The notes beneath the pieces are model-generated. The model was not told where the DNA came from. It made no database searches and was given only the letters and a program-made list of their open reading frames with translations. From contig NC_069003.1 in NCBI RefSeq assembly GCF_001194135.2, positions 16,922,255 to 16,980,520 of the forward strand: 58,266 nucleotides of DNA, in the 5' to 3' direction. Numbering within the stretch: the stretch's first letter is position 1; each line of letters opens with the position of its first letter. This document shows, one piece after another, positions 36,420 to 49,927 of the stretch. A program made the position numbers and the translations under genes. The DNA is from Octopus bimaculoides. Lineage: Eukaryota.

Positions 36420-38365
36420 GCTGTAAAAATTGACAGAGTCTAAGTACCTTGAAAAAAAAGTTAGACCTAAGAAGCATCAGTTGTGGTGTGCAAGAGAGAA
36501 GATTGCGCTGGTATGGTGCAACAAGTACAGTGAAGAATTCCGGGTAGAGGTAGAGGTCCACCAAGGTTCAGTCCTCAGCCTCCCCCTATTTATCATAGTC
36601 CTCCACACAGGAATTCAAGACGGGATGCCCCTGGGAACTCCTCTATGCTGATAACCTTGCCCTAATTGCTGAGTCACTATCAGAACTAGAGGAGAAGTTT
36701 CAGGTGTGGAAGCGAGGACTAGAATCAACCTTAGAGCCAACTTAGGGCCTTAGAGTCAACCTAGCTAAAACCAAAGTCCTAATAAGTAGGAAGGTAGACA
36801 AAACACAAACCCCTTCAGGTAGATGGCCCTACTCGATCTGCAGAAAAGGCATAGGTAGGAACTCCATAAGTTGTACCCAGTGTAAGCTATGGACACATAA
36901 GAGGTGCAGCAATATCAAAGGAAGGCTAACTAGCAAGATAGTTTTTGTATGTGGCAGATGCTCAGGAGCAATAAACACTGAAAATGTGCAGAGAACAACT
37001 TCTGCCACATNNNNNNNNNNNNNNNNNNNNNNNNNNNNNNNNNNNNNNNNNNNNNNNNNNNNNNNNNNNNNNNNNNNNNNNNNNNNNNNNNNNNNNNNNN
37101 NNNNNNNNNNNNNNNNNNNNNNNNNNNNNNNNNNNNNNNNNNNNNNNNNNNNNNNNNNNNNNNNNNNNNNNNNNNNNNNNNNNNNNNNNNNNNNNNNNNN
37201 NNNNNNNNNNNNNNNNNNNNNNNNNNNNNNNNNNNNNNNNNNNNNNNNNNNNNNNNNNNNNNNNNNNNNNNNNNNNNNNNNNNNNNNNNNNNNNNNNNNN
37301 NNNNNNNNNNNNNNNNNNNNNNNNNNNNNNNNNNNNNNNNNNNNNNNNNNNNNNNNNNNNNNNNNNNNNNNNNNNNNNNNNNNNNNNNNNNNNNNNNNNN
37401 NNNNNNNNNNNNNNNNNNNNNNNNNNNNNNNNNNNNNNNNNNNNNNNNNNNNNNNNNNNNNNNNNNNNNNNNNNNNNNNNNNNNNNNNNNNNNNNNNNNN
37501 NNNNNNNNNNNNNNNNNNNNNNNNNNNNNNNNNNNNNNNNNNNNNNNNNNNNNNNNNNNNNNNNNNNNNNNNNNNNNNNNNNNNNNNNNNNNNNNNNNNN
37601 NNNNNNNNNNNNNNNNNNNNNNNNNNNNNNNNNNNNNNNNNNNNNNNNNNNNNNNNNNNNNNNNNNNNNNNNNNNNNNNNNNNNNNNNNNNNNNNNNNNN
37701 NNNNNNNNNNNNNNNNNNNNNNNNNNNNNNNNNNNNNNNNNNNNNNNNNNNNNNNNNNNNNNNNNNNNNNNNNNNNNNNNNNNNNNNNNNNNNNNNNNNN
37801 NNNNNNNNNNNNNNNNNNNNNNNNNNNNNNNNNNNNNNNNNNNNNNNNNNNNNNNNNNNNNNNNNNNNNNNNNNNNNNNNNNNNNNNNNNNNNNNNNNNN
37901 NNNNNNNNNNNNNNNNNNNNNNNNNNNNNNNNNNNNNNNNNNNNNNNNNNNNNNNNNNNNNNNNNNNNNNNNNNNNNNNNNNNNNNNNNNNNNNNNNNNN
38001 GCACTAACAGCACCGTCCGAGCGTGATCATTGCCAGAGCAGCTGTCTGGCTTCCGTGCTAGTGGCACGTAAATAGCACCATTTGAGTGTGTTCGTTACCA
38101 GCGTCGCTTTACTGGCACTTGTGCCGGTGGCACATTAGAAAATCATTCGAGTGAGGTTGTTGCCAGTGCCACGTGACTGGCCCTCATGCCGGTGGCACGT
38201 AAAAGCACCCACTACACTCTCAGAGTGGTTGGCATTAGGAAGGGCATCCAGCTGTAGAAACTCTGCCAGATCAGATTGGAGCCTGGTGCAGCCATCCAGT
38301 TCACCAGTTCTCAGTCAAATCGTCCAACCCATGCTAGCAGGGAAAGCGGTCGTTAAACGATGATG
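36420..38365 (+). mobile_element. RTE LINE 3' fragment spanning N gap
   Basis: EVHQGSVLSLPLFII, PHD-like CRKGIGRNSISCTQCKLWTHKRC, and (GAT)n tail at ~38360. Confidence 0.85.
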
Positions 38366-38633
38366 GTGATCATGATATATATATATCTGTCTCCTTCTCT
38401 TGACATTGTGTGATGGTTGTAAATGAGTGTCACTGTGTCAAACAAACAATGTCACTGATTTCGAAGTGTAGTAATGATGAAATAGTGATGTAGAACTGAC
38501 TAAGAGTTGCAAAAAGGTGACAAAGTTAGCTTAGCCAGGGTATATACCTAGAGGGAGGAAGTATGTAGGTCACTATCTCTACACAACCCAGAAAGGTCAC
38601 AAAAGCCATAACAATGGCAAAGAAGTCACTTAC

Positions 38634-38732
38634 CAGAGGACAGAAATAATTTTGTTTTGGTATAAAATGCAAAGTAAAGAGCTGAAAATGGGATGTCTCG
38701 GGCCATTGTAGGAAGCAGACCACTGTATAAAC
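38634..38732 (-). CDS. SLC25A38: SLC25A38-like exon (G-LYSGLLPTMARDIPFSALYFAFYTKTKLFLSS-D), 99 nt, phase 1/1
   Basis: Acceptor ttccttttttcag and donor gtaagt; the RDxPFS motif of carrier repeat 2. Confidence 0.95.
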
Positions 38733-39464
38733 CTGAAAAAAGGAAAGTCAGAGGTAAACATGTGAACATGAATAACACAAGGAGCATAGTTTAGTTAATC
38801 TGTTCATGTTTAGTGCCATTCACCAACAAAACAGGACATCAAATTTTGATGCAAGGCCAGAGATTTTAAGTGAGTGAGAAAGTTGGTTACATCAACACTG
38901 GTGTTCAACTGGAACTTATTTTATTGACCCCAAAAAGATGACAGGCAAAATCAACCATGGCATAATTTGAACACAGAATGAAAAGAACCAGAAGAAATGC
39001 TGCTAAGAATTTTCATGAACTTGTTTATGATTCTACTGGCCTACCACCTTACTGACTTTTACAATAATACAAAATATTTATTTCAAATTTAAATTGTGTT
39101 TACATTGTTATTAATTTCTTGTGAATGAAAAACCTTCGTTTCAATACTGAAATCATTCTGCCATCTACAACATAGATTTGTTAATGTAGCTTAGTTAACA
39201 TATAAATATAAGTTATGATTTTTTGGTTTCCATCAATTTAGTTAACATGTTTTGTTAACATAGATTTCATGTGATTTTGTAAATGTAATTTAGTTGGTCT
39301 AGATATAACAGGTTATATTTACAATGTCAATCTCTGTATCTCATCACCTGAAATACATAGCTATAATGTATATAGACCTGTATATACATATATACAGACA
39401 TGCATAACATATACACAGAAACACATTATATACATATATGTCCAACTCACACCAACATGGAACA

Positions 39465-39640
39465 TAGACATTAAGCGATGATGTGGCAGTGTGGTAAGAA
39501 GTTTGCTTCCCAAGCACATGATTCTGGATTCAATCCTACTGCTTGGCACCTTGGCAAGTATCTTCTGCTATAGCCCTTGGCTGACCAAAGCCTTGTGAGT
39601 AGATTTAGTAAATGGAAACTGAAAGAAGTTTGTCACATAT
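39465..39640 (+). mobile_element. SINE family A 5' half
   Basis: gtggtaagaagtttgcttccc...ggcaccttggcaagt...aatggaaactgaaagaag. Confidence 0.75.
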
Positions 39641-39659
39641 GCATACATACATATATATA

Positions 39660-39875
39660 GGAGGGGGTGCTGAAAAGTTACTGGTTTTAAAGGTATTGAA
39701 AAAGGCCTGGTTAGTGGCCCAACCTTCCAAGTTGTTTATAGGGATTAGGAAAACTGAAGGACTACTGCAATAAATGTGTGAATCTGAGAGGGGAATATGT
39801 TGAATAAAATCATAATTAACTGATCCTCCTGTATTTTCTTTTACTCAAAGCCAAGAACTTTTCAGCACCCCCTTG
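39660..39875. mobile_element. Mariner-derived MITE, ~215 bp
   Basis: TIRs gagggggtgctgaaaagtt / aacttttcagcaccccctt, preceded by TA. Confidence 0.75.
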
Positions 39876-39899
39876 AATATATAATCTTATCATAAAAAA

Positions 39900-40740
39900 A
39901 AAACAAAAGTTTTGATAATACAGCTACCGAGGGTTTCCTGGTCAAAATAACAATTTATTCTGCCATTTATCAAGCTGAGAACGAGGCCGTTTGTCAGCTG
40001 TCTTTTAAGGTGATAACATTTAAACAAGAAATGCTGGTAAAGAAGACGAAAAGGAAAAACACATGGGAGACAATAATTTGATGTCAAGCAGATGTAAACA
40101 AGATGTTGATGGTTCACTAAGTGTCTGGTGGCCTACTTATAAATTCTGACAAGATGTATTTCTTGAAATGTGGACATACAGAAAACATCTCATTCCTCAA
40201 ATTTATGTATTCTATTGAGGTCCTCAAGTTTTTTTAAGAGATACAGTTTTTCAAGACAACATGCTGAATACTTTTTGGACCCCATAGGGTCTGAATTTGG
40301 AGAGGATTTTCCATTTGATGTTGAAACTGGTCCCTTCTTTTTTCAGTTTCTAGATTAAAGCCGAAAGAGTTGTTGAATGTCTCTTATCAAGTACTTAAAA
40401 GTTTTAAGATAGTTGTAATATTTGCGTTTAAATATTCCTTCCATAGCTCTGATATGTTTGATATCTGTATGGCCATAGTTCGCTGAAACCTGTGCTTCAT
40501 AATCAATGGAAGAGATATCACACCCCTGTCTTTGAGGACATTTAGATTTGTCTCTACATGTGCATCCGGGGGGGGGGGGCAGGCTTCAGTTGTCTGCTGC
40601 TTATTGATATATAACTCAACATTCGAGGGACAAGAAAAGGTAACTTTTATCATTTGTCTGTTAAATATTTTATTGTATTCATGTGTTCTAGGGCAGTGGA
40701 TAACCACTAAGTGCAAGAATCTTCTACTTACAGTTGTCCA
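39900..40740 (-). mobile_element. Penelope-like element 3' fragment, decayed
   Basis: Frame at ~40170-40350 reads LKKEGTSFNIKWKILSKFRPY...CLEKLYLLK...LRNEMFSVCPH, a typical PLE GIY-YIG C-terminus. Confidence 0.7.
39921..39977 (-). ncRNA. Putative type-I hammerhead ribozyme, imperfect
   Basis: CAGC-UUGAUAA-A-[bulged helix II]-GAAA-CCCUCGG-UA/GCUG; helix I only 4 bp. Confidence 0.45.
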
Positions 40741-41085
40741 GACATTAAGGGAGAAGGAAGTGGGGATTGAACCATAACATTTTGAGACCTATTCTTGTGA
40801 GTAGATGATAGTGGAGGTGGAGGTTGTAGAAGATTTTATCAGTAACATTGCTATCCTGTAAGGCCTTATAATATAAACACTTATTGTATTTAAAAACTTA
40901 ATTACAAATATTAGCCATATTATATGGGGCAGCCTTTTTGAATATTTCTTTAGAAGAAGAAAGGCATGTGATCCTATGGGTAATATTTGGAATTAAGTTT
41001 CATTAATTATAAATTAATTATAAGGTTATCTTACTCTCTTAGCTGATTGAGTGTTTTTCAACAAGTTAAAGTATTACCATATAAT

Positions 41086-41122
<37 letters not shown>

Positions 41123-41902
41123 GATAGATAGATATAGATTCTCAGCCAAAACTGTCTGATAAATAGGTATGTGAAACTCTGAGTAACAGTTTTTGTGATG
41201 TCTTAGCTGCTATTTCTGGTGCTTAGGTTACCCTCCCTGATACTTATCCCATGTCTTTCCCTGTTTTGCAATGATTTCTCTAGTGGTCAAGTTTCTCTGT
41301 CCTTGTTTCTATCTGTCTTGGCTGCTATTTCCAGCAGTTAAGGTGTCCACTTCCAGTTCCTGACTAATAAAAACCCTCTCGTCCGTGTGGGAACTTAATC
41401 TTCACACTGCTTGTTGTTATTGCTATTATCCATACATAACATATCCAACTAAGCTAAGTAACTTTTCTCTTGTCTTAATCAGACATCATTCATCTATTTT
41501 GTGTCGCTACATAAAATACTAACCTACCTGTAATTTAATTTAAACTAACTTTCATAATTTGTAATTCTAGATGCTCCATGCTTGCTTTAATTTTTACAAT
41601 ATTTCCTCCCTGATTCCCACCCCATGTCTTTCCTTATTTTGTGATGATTTCTCTGGCGGTCAAGTTGTCCCCTTTATTTATTTGCAATGCGCCCACCCAA
41701 TCCCCCAAATCTCTTCATGGCTCTGGCCCTGCACCACCACCAGTACTGGAAGTCTCTCCTCTGTACCAGAAGGCTCGCATAGCTCCCCCACCAGTAATCT
41801 CATCCACATTACTGCATGCACAAAAAAGAGACTGCATTACCTATTTAGTAAATTAACAAACCACCTACTCCTATCTTCGACTTATAATGAATTAAACAAC
41901 AG

Positions 41903-42351
41903 CTCTTTTACTCTTTTACTTGTTTCAGTCATTTGACTGCGGCCATGCCGGAGCACTGCCTTTAGTTGAGCAAATTGCCCCCAGGACTTATTCTTTGTAA
42001 GCCTAGTACTTATTCTATCGGTATCTTTTGCCGAAGCACTAAGTTATGGGGACGTAAACACACCAGCATCGGTTGTCAAGCGATGTTGGGGAGACAAACA
42101 CAGACACACAAACATCTACACACACATACATATATATATACACACACACACATATATATATATAGATATATAGATATATACATATATACGAAGGGCTTCT
42201 TTCAGTTTCCATCTACCAAATTCACTCACGAGGCTTTAGTCGACCTGAGGCAATAGTAGAAGACACTTGCCCAAGGTGCCATGCAGTAGGAATGAACCCG
42301 GAACCATGTGGTTGGTAAACAAGCTACTTACCACATAGCCACTCCTGCGCC
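41903..42351 (-). mobile_element. SINE family A, full length
   Basis: Head ggcgcaggagtggctatgtggtaag to tail gaaacaagtaaaagagtaaaagag. Confidence 0.88.
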
Positions 42352-42559
42352 TGTGTTTATTTAATCAACCCATTTATGTTTGAATCAATAATGCTTACAT
42401 TAACAATTCTTGTATTACACTCACTTCCAATAGAGGCAGCAACTTTAACATGATTGAATGATGGTAGATTAAAACGAAAACAATTCATATGATATGTCTG
42501 TTATCAAACACTCTGAAACCTTCTTTTCAGATGCTGAATACCATCCCCACTTTCCATGT

Positions 42560-43975
42560 TCCCTCCCATGTCCCTTTCCAGTTGTCAAATTTGCATAGTC
42601 AATGTAGGTCTGGTGAGAGTGTTGAGATGCTTGAATGGAGGCATGCTATTGTGTGTTACATTCAAGAAGTAAAGTGGCGGGGAGCTTCCACAGGCAAGAC
42701 ACATAGGTATAAAATCTTCTGGGAAGGTAACAGTGACGGATTAGGTAGTGTGAGTATATTTCTTGCAGAGAAGGTCATAGAAGGAGTCAGATTGTACAAT
42801 AGAGTACTTAAGTTCAGGTTAGTTTTGCAGAATAGTACAGCAGCAATTATCTCTGCCTATGTAGCCCCAGGTGAGTCTACCAAATGAACAAAAGGACTGC
42901 TTTTATGATATTCTTCTGCAGGTTACATCAAAGATGGATGACAATCCTTGTGACTGGTGATTTCAATGGACATGTTTGGCAGTAGCCAAGTATCTTCCAT
43001 GGATGTAGTTCCTGAAACAAAGAGGGAAATAGGCTACTGGAGTTCTGTGATGCAAATAACCTATTGATCTACAACACCAACTTCAGGAAGCCAGCCAGTC
43101 ACCTGATAACCTATCAATCATGTGATCACACTAGCCACATTGATTATATTCTCACCAGACAGTGAGATACATGATTGTTCGTAAATGCTAAGACCCTCTC
43201 TGGTGAAGAATGTATCACTAGCATAGAGTAGTCATTAGTGACTTTAGACTTCAGGTCAGCAAGAAGCAGACCAATCTGGAAAAGATAGATTTGGAAGCTT
43301 AAGGATCCTTTGTACGGTCAGAGATTTAGGCACACCTAATTAAGAAATTTGACAAGAAGGAGGCAGAACTACAACTTGTAACATAGAGAGCAACTGGGAA
43401 TTCCTGCGGGACAGCTTGCTGAGAGCCACAGACCAGATCTGTGGATGGTTCAAAGTTCTAATCAGACCTAGGGCAGCGTGGTGGTGGAATGATGACGTAG
43501 ACAAAACCATTAGAACAAAGAAACAGGCCTGGAAAGACTGGTGGTAACAGATAGCTAGGAGAAAGGTGTACTTAGCCAGGGCAGAAGCAGGAAGTTTGCC
43601 AATGTTTTGCATCATGAGGATCAGAGAGGCTTGAAGTGAATCAGATTGCTAGACAGTATGTCAGAGAAAATCGTAATGTGGTAGGAGAGAAATGTGTTTG
43701 TATAGATGATGGCTCACTTGTAGTTAGTAATTCTACAAAGAAGGATGCTTGAAAGGCTACTTAATGCATGGGAGGAGAGCCTTCCTAATGTGGATCCAAC
43801 AGAAGGATCAGCTATTCAAATCGACAGTAGCTTAGTAGATAAAGCAGTTAAGGATATGAAGACAGGAAAAGCCTCTGGCCCAACAGGAATCACCACTGAG
43901 ATGCTTAAAATCTCTGGTGGAGTGGGATATACCTGGTCACCTGTATAGTTAATCAGGTAGTCCACAAAGGAGTCA
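42560..43975 (+). mobile_element. RTE LINE endonuclease/linker fragment
   Basis: IQEVKWRG, YKIFWEGN..G.GSV.IF, IISAYVA, GDFNGHV-like, MKTGKASGPTGITTEMLK. Confidence 0.8.
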
Positions 43976-45110
43976 TAACCCTTCTCTTTCCTTCTCCTTT
44001 GCATCCTTCCATCTGGTTCTGAGTTTTCTCTTTTCTTCTCGTATCTTTGCAATCAGTCTTTCTCTCCTCAATGGTGCGCCCTTTGCCAATGATTCTCTAT
44101 TCTCTGTTGTTTCAAGTTCAAATCTTTTCTCTCCTTCCAGATAGATTATATTAGCCAAGTTCTTGAGATTTTGTTCATTGTCCCCTTTGAATTTGGTGGT
44201 CATTCTTGCTACCTTGTCGTCAAATTTCTTATAGCTAGCTGCACCATTTGCTTTCAGCCACTTAATCTTTGGCTTTTTCATGCCTATCTCTTTTTTTGGC
44301 TGTTCCGATTTAACTGTGGAATGACTTTCGCTGTGTTTTCAACCAGCGCTGTTGAATCAGTTTCTTCTGACACACTTTCCTTTGGTGAAATCTAAGCCCG
44401 ATGTAACTAGAAAACACCTTTCTGAAGCAACTGAATTCCTCATCTATTTTTCCCTTACCACTTGTCCATTTCCAGTTTGAGCCTATTCCTTTTTCTATTC
44501 CTGTTTGATCCTTTATTCTCATCCATGTTCCAGGATCATGGGGGTTTAGTTCATCATGATTACTTGTTGCAACTTTACCCTGGATCAGGCTGCAAGCCTA
44601 TTTGATCCTTCATTACACTGTTGTACTGTCAAGCATCTCTCCATTTTGTCATCCTGCTTTCTGGATTATCAGCAAGTCATTTCCTGCAGTCAGTATCTGA
44701 AGAATTCCAACTACGTTTCGTGGTTCACTACCTCAACAGTTCCTTTATAGGATCCAGTGGCTAAAGACATCAGGAAGAACCATGTCCAGTTTCCTCTACC
44801 ATTTTCGACATGGCGCCCCTCCCCCACTTTTGGAGGTGCCTTCAGCCCTGGTGTTGAGTGTTTTTTTTCTTTCTCGTTTTTTTTCTTTGGCCTTCTGTTC
44901 TTTGGCTTCTTCAATGCAGCATCAACGAATGTCAGCGGGTGAATGACCATCCAGCCAAATTTCCCTTTAAATCCTTACTGGTAGTCTCCAGCAGCCAGCA
45001 CCAGCTAACAGTCACATGACACTCTCTTAGCTTCAACTGACCAATGGAGGGGAAGGGTGCGTAATTTTGGCTCGCACCCTCACTAAACCTATCTTCCAAC
45101 AGCTCTCTCT
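43976..45110 (-). mobile_element. R2/Hero-like non-LTR element 5' fragment
   Basis: C2H2 remnant CFRKVFSSYIGLRFHQRKVC and KKPKIKWLKAN...LANIIYLEGEKRF, recalled as an N-terminal R2-Hero region. Confidence 0.55.
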
Positions 45111-45243
45111 TTCCAAACAGGGAAACCAACAGAGTGTAAGTAATTTGAGAGAAAAACTGGATATAAGTAGCAAGAGAGAAGACTGTGCCGGTATGACCAT
45201 GTAATGTATATGAATGAGGATGTTAGTTGATGATATATATATA

Positions 45244-46490
45244 CAGGGGTTGAACAAAATAATGGAAACACCTAGCATCATTGCTTCATAATTTTGAAAT
45301 ATCTATAAAACCATCAAAGGCTTGTTTATTTTTATGTTCTTTAATTTATTATTAGTGTTGCTTAATATGTTTTGCTAAAAATTGCTGTTTCTTTTCAAAT
45401 ATCATCAGAAAAAGGTAATTAAAATTTATTAAAATGACAGATCTATCAGACTTTCAAAGAGGTCAAATTGTTGGTGCTCGTATGGCAGGCACCAGAGTAA
45501 TGAAAACAGCCGAAATGTTTGGTGTATCAAGAAGTACTGTCTCAAAAGTAATGACAGCCTTTGAGAAAGTGGGAAAAACCTCCTTGTCGAAACAAAACTC
45601 CAGAAGAAAACCCAAACTTTCAGATAGGGACTGTTGGACTCTTACTTGAATTGTTAGAAAGGATCACAAAAGTACAGCTCCCAAAATTACTGCAGAGTTT
45701 AATGACCACCTCGAGAACCCAGTTTCCACAAAAACTGTTTGCCAGCAGTTGCATAAAACCAGATTTCTCGGGAGGGCTGCAATCAGAAAACCACTACTTT
45801 CAAAAACAAATGTTGCAAAGCATTTAGAGTGGAGTAAAAGCTGGTCCCTAGAGCAGTGGAAGAATGTTATTTTCTCAGACAAGTCATCCTTTACCTTATT
45901 TCTGACCACCAGCCAAGTATACGTGTGGAGACAGATAAAAGAAGCATTTGACCCAGACTGCCTTCTTCCAACTGTTAAACATAGAGGAGGATCTGTGATG
46001 ATCTAGGGGGACTATATCTTGGAAATCTGCCAGCCCAATGGTTTCCCTTCATGGCAGAATTGATAGTCAAGACTATTTTAGCATTTTATCTGATCAAATT
46101 GATCCTCTGGTTGCGGAACTGTTTCCGAAGGGAAACGCAATCTTTCAGGATGACAATGCACCAATTCACACAGCTAAAGTGGTCACTGAATGGCATGAGG
46201 AACATTCTAGTGAAGTTGAGCATCTTATCTGGCCACCATAGTCCCCAGATCTCAATATTATTGAACATTTATGATGCATTTTAGAAAAACAAGTAAAGAG
46301 TCAATATCCTCCACCATCATCACTACAAGAACTGGAGACTGTTTTAGCTGAAGAATGGACAAAAATTCCTTTGGAAACAATTCAAACTTTGTACAAGTCC
46401 ATACCTCATAGAATTCAAGCTGTCCTACCCCATATTAAAATAAATTTGTTTGAAATTTTAAGGTACTTCCATTATTTTGTCNNNNNNNNN
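45244..46490 (+). mobile_element. Tc1-family transposon, DD36E type, near full length, pseudogenised
   Basis: TA|caggggttgaacaaaataatggaaacacc TIR; the right TIR runs into the N gap. MTDLSDFQRGQIVGARM...FQDDNAPIH...SPDLNIIE with 36 residues between D and E; stops plus a frameshift. Confidence 0.9.
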
Positions 46491-47632
46491 NATATATATA
46501 TATATAATGTTGTGTATGTGTGTGTCTGTCTGTCCTTGTCATCACATGATTGATGTAAATGAATGTCATTCATTTCTAATATTCTGTTAAAAGATTTCTG
46601 ATCATGGGGTAATATTACATTGCTTGGAAACAGGTGAGGGTTGGCAACAGCATGGACATCTGGTTATAAAAAATCTGCTTTGACAAACTTCATCCAACTC
46701 ATACAACCATAGAAAAGTGGGCATTAAAAGTATGATGATGGAGGAAGAAAGAGTTAGGTCATTAAGCTCATGTTGCTCTTTCCATGCTGATGAGGTTTAG
46801 ACCAATATATTAACGAGGTATTATTTTCACAGCCAGATACCTTTCCTGTTACTAACCCATACCTGTTTTTCAAGTAAGGGATCTCTTATTTCATACACAC
46901 ACACATATACTTATAAATATCACCTACAAAATTCATTCACAATGCTTTGGTCAGCCAAGAGCTATAGCAGTAGACACTTGCTCAAGTTGCTGTGGAACTT
47001 AAACCAAAACTATGTGAGTTGGGAAGTGAAAATAACCACAAAGCACGCAGGCACCTATCTACCTACCTACCCGCCTACCTACTTACCAACCTACCTACCT
47101 ATCTTCATGTATCAATCTATACACACAAATATTTACATTTATCATCATTTAATGTCCCCTTTTTCATGCTGGCATGGGTTGAACAGTTCAACAGAAACGG
47201 ATCAGCCAAATGTCTGCTTTGGCATTACAAAGGGCATCTATACTTGGATGCCTTTCCCTAACATCAACCACATCACAGAGTGTACTGGGTGTGTTTCTCT
47301 TATTTTCATGGCACCAGCATTAGTGAGGTCACCAAGTACTTGCAAGACAAGAGCCTTCAACTGTGTGGGGTATAGTATTGATGGATATTAAAGTATGATA
47401 GAGGAATGGAAGCAGGTCTCTGGCTTCCTGTTTGGAAAGAAAGAGATGTAGAAGATTCATATATAGAAATTGATATGTCACATGTTTAAAGACACTTTGC
47501 TCAACAGGGTAAACAAAACATGAAAATTTGAGCACAGTACATGTGCAGGATGTTTCCACATGAAGTGGCTGCTATATGAATGGTGGTGCTGACTGACAGC
47601 AAACACTGATGAATAAATACACAGGTACTTAC

Positions 47633-47702
47633 CAAACAGGCCCTCAGTAACATATATCTTTCTTAAACCATCAGGAACACTTCTATAATGATAAATACCA
47701 CT
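47633..47702 (-). CDS. SLC25A38: SLC25A38-like exon (SGIYHYRSVPDGLRKIYVTEGLF-G), 70 nt, phase 0/1
   Basis: Acceptor ttctgttttcag and donor gtaagt; frame is continuous with both neighbours. Confidence 0.93.
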
Positions 47703-49927
47703 CTGAAAACAGAACAAAGAGTGCTGACACTGAAAAACTGTCTCTCATCTCCCCATCCATCATCATTATCATCATTTTAACATCTACTTTTCCATGTTTG
47801 CATGAATTGGATGGAATTTGTTGAAGCAGAAGCCAACCCTCACCTGTCCTTGTGTGACAGTAACAATCATTTACAACTATCACACAATGTCAAAACAAGG
47901 AGACACAAATGGACACATACACACACACACATACATATATATATACATATATACCACAGGCTTCTTTCAGTTTCTGTTTACCAAATCCACTCGCAATGTT
48001 TTGATCAGCCTGGGTCAAAGTGCCACACAATGTAACTGAACCCAGAACTATATGGTTGGGAAATAAACTTCTTAATGCAGCCATATCTATTCATTAATTA
48101 TAAATGAAGGGTGACTGTACCTTTTATTCATTTTATAACTACATTAAGTACCAGTAAAATTATTGCACTCCATTCTGCTGCCCATAGCCACTCCCCTACA
48201 AAAACTGACTATCAATTAACTTAAAAGGAAACTTATTATTTGTACTGCCACATAGTTGAAGACTGTGTCTTTGAATTTACTCATATTATTCCACTTAATA
48301 ACAGCTGCTAACACTCTTCAGGTACTCATCTATATGTTGTTATTGAAAGTCAGGTCAACTCCAACCAAGCATGTTTATGATCAAAGACATTCCAACCATG
48401 ACCAGCCCTACCTTTCCTTTGCATGGTACATCTGAATCTAGAAAAACATTAACTGTTGTGTCCTTCCAAATTTTTTTTAAATGGTAGGATATGATGTGAG
48501 AGATTTAGCTGCTATTTCTAGCAGGTCAACGATATAGAGTCGCCACAGTTGGTTGAAGTAATTAAAATTGTATATGATTCTTGGAGGAGAGAAACAACAA
48601 ACTGAAACACACACATATAGTAGAAGCAGCACCATAATGGTACTACAGTAGTTGTTATAAGTACTGATATTGCATTATACTTTGGGGAGCATGGGTTAAG
48701 GCACCAGACACACCCCTTTGCTTTAGTGGTTAGGGTCAGTTTAGTCATCATTGCCATCATCATTGACACCATCATTTAATGTCCAGGTTACATGCTGGCA
48801 TGGGTTGGACAATTTGACAAGATCCAATGGGTCCAATGACTGCATCGCACTGAAATGTTTGCTTCAGCGCAGTTTACCACTTTACAGTGTGTAGTTGTGC
48901 TTTTCTTATGCCACCAGCACTAGTAAGGTTGCTATGCAGCTCACAAGACTATGAAGCTTGAGAAAGCAGGTCAGCTTTATGCAAGGAGATGAGGTTTAAT
49001 GTATGAAATAAGGGGCTGGGGCAGAGCAGGATCTAGTTATAGAGAAGCTAAGTGGTTATTCACAGTTAGAGGAGAGTGACAATGAATCAGTAGTAGCTGT
49101 AAAGAAATAGAAGTACCCAGGTGGCCCCTAAAAGTACAAGGCAAGTAGAAGTGAGTGAGAACAAAGAAACTGGGTATGTGAATGGGTAAGTGGGGATTGC
49201 AAGAGTGTATGGGGAGGGGCAAGAGATAGAAGAAATGGGAACAAGGGAAGTTAATATTAACATATTTAATGCAGAGAGACCGGTGAAGCATCTGGCTCAA
49301 TATAATTAACTGATACTGTATTGTCTCTCATATCCCAAGTAAAAGACTACAGCTAATCCTAAACAAATCTTTGTGAGAAGACAAAGAAGAGCTAATTAGA
49401 AATAATTGTGATGTAGAGAATCGTTGTTGTTGCTATCTTTATTTGACATCCACTCTTTCATGCTTGCATGGGTTGGCTGGAATTAGCAGAGGGAGATTTT
49501 CTACAACTGGATGTCCTTACCTGTTTCCAAGCCAGATAATATCTCTCCATGACCAGACATGCTTCCATGGAAGATTGGAAATAAAAGATACCACCTGCAT
49601 GATGGTGACATCACATGAAATCAAGACAAGGAGACAGTAACACACATATGTATGTATAACAAGAAAAGAGATTCTATTCTCTTACTTCACTTCCCTTATC
49701 TGATCAATGCATGTGCATGTGTGTGTGCATGTGATGGACTTCTTTCACTTTCCATCTACCAAATCCACTCACAAGGCTTTGGTTAACCTGAGGCTATAGT
49801 AGATTACACTTGCTCAAGATGCCATGCAGTAGGAGTGAATCTGAGATCATGTCATTGGGAAATAAACTTATTTGAAAATCTACAAAACACAATTGAGAAA
49901 AGAACAAACTGTGGCAGCAACACTTAC

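Noticed and set aside
33542-38075. Very long ORFs in the six-frame track (e.g. 328, 412, 363 aa)
   Set aside because: They consist almost entirely of X from N gaps.
45020-45110. HDV-like ribozyme in the R2/Hero-like leader
   Set aside because: Only a simple hairpin; the nested double pseudoknot could not be built.
46787-46810. CTGATGA-GGT-TTAG-ACC hammerhead-like core
   Set aside because: No GAAA follows helix II and no helix I is present.
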